In this document: in pieces, positions 51,501-62,082 of the stretch
How the letters are laid out: each line of letters begins with the position of its first letter
Position numbering within the stretch: the stretch's first letter is position 1
Assembly: GCA_050084515.1 (NCBI GenBank)
Contig: CM114271.1
Span: 6,572,001-6,636,000, forward strand
Length of the DNA: 64,000 bases
Direction: 5' to 3'
Source of the DNA: Blasia pusilla
Lineage: Eukaryota
Program-made: the position numbers and the translations under genes
Notes under the pieces: generated by a model
Database searches by the model: none
What the model saw: only the letters and a program-made list of their open reading frames with translations
What the model was told of the DNA's origin: nothing

Positions 51501-54143
51501 GTTGTGTGTAGCTTTTTCGTTTTTTTTGTACAAGTTTGCAAATTTTAGAGGGAGAAATCAGCGAGGAATCGCTACCAAAATTTCCATTAGAGAGGACATG
51601 GCTGGCTTCACAACACTCCCTGCCTATTTTTTTATGAAAGGTTGAATCAAAGAAATGATTTAACAATGTCGTAGATCAGGAAGTTGTGCATGTTGTCAAA
51701 GAAATGATGCATAATTTGGACATTTAAGCACAAAGTTATGATTGTTTCCATGGGCTACCATAGCCAACTTGTGAAGGAAGGAGAAATTTGGAAATTTGTG
51801 GTAAAATTCTTAGTTAAGAGACATAAAAAGTTTAAAAAATCATTTTATCTTAAGGCATAGGACAAGGATAAAAATTTATTTGAGGGTAAATTGAAGTGGA
51901 AAATTTATTTAATGGATGTTAATCCAAGATTTACGGGGCTTAGTGGAGTATAAACCAAATGTGAGATAATTTTGGTGAGTTGATCGTTGGTTTAAGGGGT
52001 TAGTGGAGTGGGAAAAAACAAAAGATATAGACTTTTAAAGAAGTTTTAGAATAGAGCCATATTTACCCATATGTGAGATATCATAATTATCATTGACCTT
52101 CACCATATGTCTAAGCCACCCTTGCTCCGTCTATTGGCGCCCGTCGACGACGTCAATGACCGTTCGCGGACAGTTTCTTCACTTTTATTGATTGGACGGT
52201 AGGCATAGACAACCGTCACTTTTTGTTACTTGTGACTTGTGACCACTTTCTTTTGTATGACCACTAATAGTTATTGATTCCTAGCAGCATCGGTTGAAAC
52301 AATACAACTATGGGGTCATCCACCATCGCGGACTCATGATCACTATTTGCGAGTAGGATCAAGTAATGGAGTTGAACTTGTGATTGATGGGGTTTGAGTT
52401 TTTGCTTTGCTTTTCTATTTTTCTTGATTGGTAGCTACTTGACGACCATTGAGTACTGTATCATGATGCCCGTAGTTGCAATACGCCAACAAAAATTGCC
52501 GCGTCGTGTCGTTGCTGGTCACACCGTACCATCTTGATGGCAGAGCCACTCCAGCATCCATGAGCAGAGTGTGTATTTTTTTATAAAGGAGGATATGCCT
52601 ATGCGTGCCACATCTCATCATCAATTTTTGTTTGTAGTTGTTCCCTACCGCCAGTGTTGCATCGTACTGCTGTACCCGCATCGCCCCTCAAGGAGATTTG
52701 AGCATTATCAATACCAAGAAGTACAACCCATTGATTGACAGAGGTTTTCTTTACGATCAAGTTGGGGTTGAGTTTACACTTGGTGAGGAGTGACACCAAC
52801 ATCATTCAAGTTACCTATTTTGGTCCTTTTCCATTCATGTGTGAGGGATTTCCATATATTGGGTTGTTATTTGGGATATTTGGTTTGTACGAACGTTAAG
52901 AGCATTATTGATGTATGAGATTAGGGGACATAGACCTTTGTGGGATGTCCATAGTTGAGGGTATGCAATGTTGATGAGACGATATACCATTGATTTTGTG
53001 CACCATGCCGCTTGTTGCCGCAACGTACACATCTTAGTGAGAGGAAGTGTATGTTAAATGCTACATATTTAGATTGAGTGTTTGAGTGATTACTCGTGAG
53101 ATTGAGATTGACCGTGTGAGAGGGGCTCATGGGTCATCACGACATGCTTTTAGGATTGTGAGAGGCGAGGTGGTGGACTTGAGAGTAGCTCTAGGGAATT
53201 TATGCAGAGTGGTGCGAGATTTTGAGAATGTCCACGTGAGAGACCACCTCGACCTCATGATGTGTCATCCTTAGACGAGGGAGAGGCTATAAAGGAGTTT
53301 GTTTGTATGTTATCGCACATAGTGAGTGGCCCTATCATCTGGGCATACGAGATGGACGACCAAGATAGAGGACCGCGTATGTTTTTGGGAGCTATGGATA
53401 CTATAGACTTGCATGACTTCATCCCGGAGTTTAGGAGTTTGCATAATTTGTAGAGGGCTAGGAATTCTAGAGAGTTGAATCCGTTCACAACGTGGAACAA
53501 AATGTTCCAGCACTCACAGAGGGCGCCCGTGGGCAATTACCATGAGTTTTCCTAGAGGTACGCACATGAGATTGAGGCCCAAAGATCCTACTAAGATCCA
53601 TATTACGTGTCATTAATTGAGCCATTTCTAGATGAGGAGGAGGAGCTAGGAGAAGCCACATCCTCAGCCACTAGTGAGGTTTTGGGAGGGATGAGTCGGA
53701 TTGGGGCAATTGCAATGTCTTGTCGGATTTTTTGTAGGTTCAACCCCGTAGTTGAGTTCTTTGCGGAGTTGTGGAGGAACTTCCAGCCTTTTCCAAGCAT
53801 GCATGACTTCCATACGCATACGAAAGAGAGTTTACGAGAGGCAAAGGTCCAGGTCGTCCAGGCATGGTAAGGGATGCTATAACAAGACCTACAGAGATGA
53901 GTGAGGAATGCGATATTTTTTATCCGTACCTCACATATATTGAGGGAAGTGTTTGAGATGGTTTACGCCTCCATTTTCCCAACTTGTCATTTGCATCGGC
54001 CGTACAAGGGTTCCAAAGTTCCCTCCCGAGGGAGATTTCTTTGCTAGGGATGTAGGACTTGCAGCGAGTAGGGACCATTTATTTGGTAATTGTAGGTTGG
54101 CCATGTCTAAGGTCAATTGAATGCTGGACAAGGTAGCAGTTTA

Positions 54144-55365
54144 TGTGATACCCACAATTTTGTACTCTTGAAGAATATCTCTTTTTATTCAACGAAGACT
54201 CTTGTACATTATGATTTTGATTATGATTATTTATTATTATGAGGAAGAATGAGTGAATCACGAAGCTCCTGGGACAAGGCAGAGAGATGGAAGATCAAGG
54301 ATTTCCCTTAGAGGAGAGGAAAATGCAATAACGAAGTCTCAAGACTCAGAACGAAGCTTAACGAAGCTCTGTCTACGAAGTGCTTCACTACATGACAAAG
54401 CATAACAAAGAAAGGAAGAAAAGAAGAAAGAAGTACTTCGCTCTTGTACGAAGCGTGAAGCACGAAGCACTTGAAATAAGAACGAAGCATGGAGTACTTC
54501 GTCCTCATGAAGTCCAGCAAAGCGAAGCTAAGAATGACTGTGATTTCAAGCGACGCATGTTAGAACAGTTAGACTAGGAAAGGGCGCGACCCTTTGTATC
54601 AAATTGGTAGTTAGGACAGTTTTGTACCGCGGATTCACAAGGATCGTAGGAAAAGCTAAGAGAACCATAGATCTAGGTAGTTATAAATAGTGAAGAGGCA
54701 CTAGCTTCATCAAGAACGTTTCAAATCTTTGGATCACTTCCACTCCAACGAATATTTAAGAAGCAAGGCAGAAGCCATAATCATCATTCTCTCACGAAGT
54801 CCTTATGTTGTAGGAATGGTCCAAGCAAGAGAGTAGTACCCTCTCGAGCTTGTATACACTTTGAAGCTTTCTCGTTCTTGATGGAGTAGTAAAGCAATCA
54901 TTCATTCATTCTGATGTGCGATGCTTATGTCTGCATATTCTTTTTGGGTCTGCAGAATGAAGAGTGAATCAGGCGAACCTTTCTCATCAGTGAAATAATC
55001 AACCTGAGTTGTAGGAAATCTGTTTGATACAGAGTAGCCTGCCGAGACGGATTGAGTTCCGAAAGTAGGAGAAGCCAGCTTTTGTGTTGAGATCTCTGTG
55101 ATGTTTCATGATGTCGAGAGGAAAATCTACATGAACATGCTGTCAATTCCACTAGAGAGAATCGAGAAAAGATCCTTTGGTACTAAGAAAGGTCAGAAGA
55201 TATTGATACGACATTGAATATAACCCACACACATTTAAATACAACTATTACAACATAATTGTAATTCCGAACTCTCTTTTCATCAAACAATGATCCTCTT
55301 GGGGATCGAACTTATTAAAACGACTATAAAATAGAAAGTCTTCTACATTACATATAGCAAGAAAC
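54144..55365 (+). mobile_element. 5' LTR (~1.2 kb) of Ty3/gypsy element
   Basis: Starts TGTGATACCC, has TATAAATA at ~54682 and repeated ACGAAG motifs, and is immediately followed by PBS and gag. Confidence 0.7.
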
Positions 55366-55369
55366 TTTT

Positions 55370-55389
55370 TGGCGCCGCTGCCGGGGATC
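55370..55389 (+). promoter_or_regulatory. Primer-binding site complementary to tRNA-Asp 3' end (Athila-type)
   Basis: TGGCGCCGCTGCCGGGGATC, one mismatch to the complement of the plant tRNA-Asp 3' end (TGGCGCCGTTGCCGGGGATC). Confidence 0.85.
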
Positions 55390-55419
55390 ATATTCTTTGT
55401 TGAAAAGGGAGAGAGATAC

Positions 55420-58400
55420 ATGGGGAATCCGGGAGCGGGGAAAGAAGCCTCGTCTCTTGGAAGACCCAACCAACTAGTTCTTACTGAAGACCATATGATA
55501 TCTCTGGCTATCCCCCTCAGGAAATGGATGAAAGAAGATAACAATAGATTTGCTACATTGATGCTAGAAAAGATAGAACAATTAATTAGTCTTGTCAATA
55601 AACTAGGCGCCGAACGGTGCTCCGCCCATGAACGTCGGTTGTACTTGGTGATGACCCGATACTTCTGTTTATGGGAGGAAAACCTCGCAGGAAGATTAAG
55701 AGCACCTGGCACACTCCTGTAGGCTTAGGAAGTAGAAACATTTAATTTCCCTCCATGGACCCCTACCTTCTTGCGACCGTGGGTGCGGAAGCAAGCTCCC
55801 TAATCCCCGAAGGGGCTCGTGGAAGGCTCCCGGCCCTCTTCGCGAGATCAGCAAGAAGATCACCCGGCTTGGAGACCTCCTGGGCTGTCTCCCGGTCTTC
55901 GTCTTTGCACGAAGCCCAAGAGCAAGAAGAGAGACAGGAACAAACTCTCCACTACGTCCCCTGCCAGTTCGCAGTCGGACGAAGAGTCAACCTGGGACCC
56001 CTTTGGGGAGTCAAGGGACGCGGAGCCGACCAAATCAACTAGAGCGGAGCCGCTACCTCCTCCCTCCCGAGCCTCAAGCCCGGGACCCAGCAGCAGACCA
56101 TTCCCCATGGCCAATACTAAGAAGACGCTGCTAAGGTACCCCTCCTTTGCTGGGGGACGGCGAGATGATGTGGACAACTTTGTGCTTGAATTTACCCATG
56201 TAGCCAAGGCAAATGGGGAAGGCTCAGAGGAGGATTTGTTGTGAGTCTTTCCTGGCCTACTCAAGAAGCGAGTAAGCCAGTGGTATGAGGGTCTCGGAGC
56301 GGACGTCACGGAAACATGGAAAAGGGTATTGGAGTCCTTCCTACATGAGTTCTGCGACCTGGAGTTCGAGGACAGGCTTCTTACGAAGCTTCGCGACCTG
56401 AAACAAAAAAAGAGGGAAACTCTCCGGGAATACACACAAAGGTTTCGCAGCCTGGTGAATAAATTGGAACACACCACTACCTCGCAATTGGTAGATTGGT
56501 TCGTGTCAGGACTGTCCAAAGAAATGGACCGGTACTGCCGGCGAGGCCAACGAGATTCCCTGGAAGCAGTCATAGCCTCCGTAGAGGCTTTCGAAGCCTC
56601 AGAGAAGTCCCGTAAAACAAGAAAACGGCATCACCAACGATGAGGTTCGTTGCAAACTAGTGCTTCATCGGAGGACAAAGCGTCTTCCACAGACACGGAA
56701 TCCTCTATGGGGGATACTCCGGAGTCCTCAGACTCTGAAAAAGATTTAAAATCTAAACGGAAAAGAAAAAGCACGCGCCACCACTCTCCCAAGCATCGAA
56801 GGAAAACCCAACCCACAAAGCACCTTCCCCAGCGATCGGAAAGTCCAGTAAGGGGCAAGGTCGTATGCTACAACTGTGGCGAACCGGGGCACCTGGAGAA
56901 AGTGTGTTCGAAACCGAAGGTTAGTAATGGGAGTATGATTGCGTTTGCTGCTAAGCATTCATTGGCGGGCGATCTCGAGACGTCCCTTCAAGTCACCAAG
57001 AGGACGCACAATTTGGTGTACCTAAGATCCAAGATTGCTGATCGCGATGTGTTGTTGCTCGTGGATACAGGTGCTTCGCACTCCTTCCTAAGCCCGAGAA
57101 TCGTGAAGGAACTGGGGCTGTCTACCTCTAAGGCGGATGAGCCCATTCGAGTAGGATTTGCAGGAGGCAAGTCTCATCAGACTTCTGATTTGGTCTTGGG
57201 TTTGACAGTAGGATGCGGGGTATTTGAGTTGAAGGAGAATTTCACTGTGTGCGAAATGGATGGCATTGACGGAGTCTTGGGGAATACATTCCTAGACGCA
57301 TATGAGGTGGAGTTAAGACGTAGATCCTTGAGGTTGAGCGTCTTGCTAAAAGGCAAACGGTTACATGTGCGGTTGGTCCGTGAGGTTCCAGCAAAAAAGG
57401 AGTTATTGAACTCGATCACAAGGAGGAGCATGACTGAGTTGGAGGATGGATTTCTCTGCTTGATGAGACAAGTGGAGGAGGCTACAAGCGATATCTGCAG
57501 AGATCGGACACTTTGCCGAGGGGAATCCCAGAACCACTCTAGGAAGTGGTCAAGGAGTTTGAGGATGTCTTGACAAATGAGCTTCCGACTGAATTGCCGC
57601 CGCATAGAGCCGTTGATCATAAGATAGAGATCATACCCGGTTCCCAACCGCCTTCAAAAGCACCATATAGGTTGAATCAGAAGGAACTTCTTGAGTTGAA
57701 AAAGTAGTTAAGTGAGCTCTTGGAAAAGGGTTACATTAGGACTAGCAAGTCACCTTATGGAGCACCTGTTCTCTTTGTAAAGAAGAAGGATGGAAAGATG
57801 AGGCTGTGTATTGATTACCGTGCACTGAACAAAGTGACGGTTCGGAACAATTATCCTCTTCCAAGGATAGATGATCTCTTTGATAGGCTGGCAGGCGTGA
57901 GATGTTTCAGTAGGATTGACTTGAAATCAGGATATTACCAGATTCGGATTGTCGAGGCAGATGTGGAGAAAACTGCGTGCAGGACGAGATACGGTTCCTT
58001 TGAGTTTGTAGTAATGCCTTTCGGTCTATGTAACGCGCCTCCAACGTTCACCACATTGATGAACTCCATTTTTCACAAGGAAATGGATGAGTATGTTATC
58101 ATCTATATTGATGACATACTTATCTATTCAAAGTCACTAGAGGAGCACGTTTGACATGTGAGAGCGGTCTTGTCTAAGCTAAGGGCAAATCAGCTGTATG
58201 CGAATGTAGAGAAGAGCGAATTTGGTTTGAGTAAGATCAAATTCTTGGGTCACGTGGTCAGTGCAAATGGCGTCAGTCCATACATGGAAAAAGTGAAAGC
58301 GATTTCCGAGTGGGAACCCCCATCCACTGTAAAGGGGATGAGGAGGTTCATAGGTGCGGTGCAGTTTTATCGTACTTATTTGAAAAAAATTTCGGGAATT

Positions 58401-60409
58401 GTGAGACCTCTCACGGATTGGATAGCAAAGTTTGCCAACACGACCTGGACCCAGGAAGTTAATGAGGCATTCAACCGAGTGAAGCAGATTCTATCGCAGG
58501 AACCAGTGTTGAAGCTGCCGGAGTTTGACAAACCGTTCAAAGTGCATACCGATGCTAGTGATTTTGCGGTTGCAGGAATGTTGGTGCAAGAAGGGAGACC
58601 GGTGGCATACGAGAGCAAGAAGCTTAGCGATGCTGAAAGGAGATGGCCTACTCACGAGAAAGAGTTGTTCGCGGTGGTACATTGCTTGAGGAAGTGGCGG
58701 CATTATCTAGGGCTCCACAGGACTCGAGTATTCACCGATAATATATCACTCAAGTATTTTGAGACCCAGGATCGAGTGACGCCGAAACAACTGCGATGGC
58801 ATGATACCTTGGCGCTGATGGATATTGAGTTGATTCACAAGCCAGGTAAAGATAATGTGATTCCAGATGCGTTAAGTCGCAAGGAGGAACACATGCCATC
58901 GATGACTCAGGTCTTAAGAGCAATGTTCCCTAAAGAAACAGATCTGGAAAGAAGGATTCGTGAAGGATATATGAAGGATGCTCACGCAGGGGAGTACCTG
59001 AGGAAGTTGAAGCAAGGTGAGAAGGTGGCCAACATAAGTTTGAGGCACGGTTTACTAAGGTTCAAACAGAGTAGGATCTATGTAGGGCAAGGAAGGATGC
59101 GAACCAAGGTGTTAGCGGAGTGTCACGACGGACCCTCGGCAGGACATAAAGGAGAGAAATCTATGCTAGTTGTTCTGTCGAAGCGGTTCTTTTGGCCCAA
59201 CATGAAAGAGGATGTTGCTCAATATGTGAAGACCTGTGTGACCTGCCAAGCGAATAGAGTCTCTTATGATAAGAAACAGGGCTTGCTGCATCCCTTTCCG
59301 ATCCCAGAAGGACCCTTGCAAAGTGTGAGTATGGATTTCATCACGAGTCTTCTGGAATCTGAGGGATACAACGCTATACTTGTGATTGTTGATGGGTTTA
59401 GCAAGTTGGCGAGATTCGTGCCGACAGTGGATTCCACAACGGCTTATACGACGGCGCAACTGTTCCTCGATAGCTGGTGGCGTACTCACGGTTTGCCGAG
59501 GAGCATTGTTTCAGATCGGGATCCAAAGTTTACCAGTGCTTTTTGGAAGCACTTGTTCAGAAGGTTTAAGACCAAGCTGAGTTTCAGTACGGCTTTCCAC
59601 CCACAAACGGATGGACAGACTGAAAAGGTAAACTCTATCGTGAATCAAGACTTAAGGAATTATGTCGAGTCTTTGATCAACGCGATTGGGTCAAGTGGTG
59701 AGCATGGCGGATCATCGCTACAACTCGACCAAGCATTTCGCGATCGGAGAATCTCCGTTTTCCTAGAAAATGGACGAGAGCCGGAAGGGCCTCTTGATCT
59801 AGCCCTTTCGAAGGGTACTACATTGGCACAAACACGACAAGTTTACGGCGAAGGTTTGTTGGTAGAGATGCGAGAACAGGAAGAGCGCGCGAGGCGAAGT
59901 CTTGCAAAGGCTCAAATGAGGTACGTTAAGCATGCTAACAAGAGTCGGCGCCAAGTACGATTCCAAGTTGGAGAACAAGTGTGGTTGAGTGTAAAGAACC
60001 TCACTCTTCCGAAAAGAGTTGTCTCATGAAAGCCGCTTTTGCCAAGTATCTTTGGACCGTATGTGATTGTGGCAAACCCGTTTGAGGATGTGTACACGTT
60101 GAGGCTGCCGGACGATTCAAGATTCACCCGACCTTTCATGTGTCATTGTTGAAGAAATATCTTCAAGATAATGGACGTTTCGCGCGGAGACAGGTGGTGA
60201 GACCGCACCCGGTCATCATAAATGAAGAGCCGAAATTTGAGGTGGAGACCATCTTACGTTCGAGGCGTCGAGCCAACAAGTATGAATACTTGGTAAAATG
60301 GAAGGGCTACCATGTGAAGGAGGCGACTTGGATTACGGAGGCGGATTTGGAACATGCGCAAGACTTGTTGCGCGACTTCAAGCGAACACAAGCGAAGCAC
60401 ATACGTTAG
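55420..60409 (+). pseudogene. Ty3/gypsy gag-pol polyprotein with C-terminal chromodomain (chromovirus-type pol), inactivated by stops/frameshifts
   Basis: Gag (RYPSFAGG...LKQKKRETLREYTQRF), CCHC knuckle CYNCGEPGHLEKVC, protease LVDTGASHSF, RT ([35 protein letters not shown]), RNase H (TDASD, EKEL, TDN), integrase (HHCC, SMDFI, SDRD, QTE, GPY), chromodomain FEVETIL...YLVKWKGY...TW. Confidence 0.97.
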
Positions 60410-60697
60410 TACAAGGAGAAGCTAGAGACATGACATGTAACCAGTGGAATCTTGGGCCGAAGGCCGTTGTAACTAGAATATGCTAGTGTTGCAATAAAGG
60501 AGTGTATGGATTTGGAGATTCGATGCCAGAGTTGATTGCAATTTGTATGTGGTAGTGCATGGCTATGATCGTTCATCATAGGCTTAGGATGTACGACAAG
60601 AGGACATACAAGGAGTATTTGAGGTGAGAGCTCGTATGTGGATAAGCACTTAGAACAGGACCTTGTGTTGGATTACACTCGGGCTCGCCCTAGCGTC

Positions 60698-60708
60698 GGC
60701 GGGGCAGA
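60698..60708 (+). promoter_or_regulatory. Polypurine tract followed by TG (putative start of a 3' LTR at 60709)
   Basis: GGCGGGGCAGA|TGAAG about 290 bp after the chromodomain stop. Confidence 0.6.
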
Positions 60709-62080
60709 TGAAGTCTGTCTTGGGGCTTGGGGTGATCTTACTTGTGGCCACATAAGTAAACTTAGTGACGCGCCTAAGTCGAATACGAGAGCGACCCAAT
60801 AGTAGTACGATTTGTAGACCAGGTAAACAGGTGTTATGTTTACAGGAATGAGTTAGAAGAGTCTAAGGTTGCACACTTAGTTAGCTTATTTGATAGGTTA
60901 GTTCCTTGGAACTAGTCCAGGCTTATCAAAGAGGAGAGGCTAATAATTCTAAGTGGGGAAAAGCGACAACTAGAGACTAAGAGGAATTGCGGGTTAGCCA
61001 CCAGAACGCAATTCAATGTCAAGGGGTAGGCTGCCCATGAGACTTGACATAACAAAGGTTTGCGTTGATGAGGGCATCAACCTCTAAAGAGGGGTGAGTG
61101 TCGCGACCCTCATGACCAAACAAGTGCCAAGCGGGACATCGGAACATTAGCGGGCTCACGCTAAGATGGTTTGCGCGTTGGAGTAGTCTCAAAGAGGAGA
61201 CAAGAGACGAGACGCGAGCGAGGAGTCGCATTTCAGATGTTATGGTTGCAACCGAGAAACCTGGACCAAACGCGGAATGAGACTTGAAAGAAGTCGAGTC
61301 TAGGAAGTGGGTTGCCAAAGGAAAGATCCGGATTTGGAACGCCACTAGCGTTTGAGAGTTTTTTACTGTATTTATGGCCATAACTTTTAGCACCGAGATG
61401 CGTTTGGATCAAATAAGGGTGCGTTGGAAAGCTTATGGAGAGCCGGTCCAAACAAACCAAGATCGCTGCAAACGCATGAGCAGCGGCTGAGAAAAAACCC
61501 GAAAACGACTGTAAGTGGAGTCAGGTTGAGGGCCACAATGAAGGGCCCGACCCTCTTTTTCCAAAGGGGGGTTATTGGAGAACCCCAGAAGTACCAGTAA
61601 GGGGGAAGGTCTCCGAGAGTGCTTGGAACCCAAACCCCACTTTGGGCGCCGCGGGGCGGCTCAAGGGCATGGAACGGAACGCGAGTTTGGGGGTTGGGTT
61701 GGAAAACCTGCACCAAGTCCATTGAGGAGATTTTAGACATCCCTCTTGGATTTCACCCCGCGACTCAATTACTTGGGTCTCGGTTCGGACTCACCCGAGG
61801 ACCGTTGAACAGTTGGGATCGCTAGGCGCGCAAGTGCCGTTTCAGATCTCTGGACTAACCAGGAAGTCTGTTCCAAGTCTTGAAGGACTTGCCATGTTTT
61901 GGAAACTAGGAACTAAGGAAGGTTGAGCTTGATGAGACGCCGAGTTGAGGACTCAGTGGATTGGAACGCTGGTTGGCCCAGACCCGACTAACGAGAGTGC
62001 GTGTTTGGGTGCAGATCGGCGATGAGTTCGTGACCTACTGAACGTACGCTTCCGCAACACTAAAGATTGACGTTCAAGGA
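60709..62080 (+). mobile_element. LTR-like non-coding region, not homologous to the 54144 LTR
   Basis: Starts TG directly after the PPT and has LTR-like content (CATAACTTTT...CGTTGGAAAGC). Right boundary not defined. Confidence 0.45.
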
Positions 62081-62082
62081 GA

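Noticed and set aside
52900-54100. Coding-like plus-strand fragments (53262-53870)
   Set aside because: Looks like a decayed TE accessory ORF, but no family could be assigned by eye.
55860-56573. 237-aa minus-strand ORF (and 55248-55712, 57177-57647)
   Set aside because: Antisense shadows of gag-pol.
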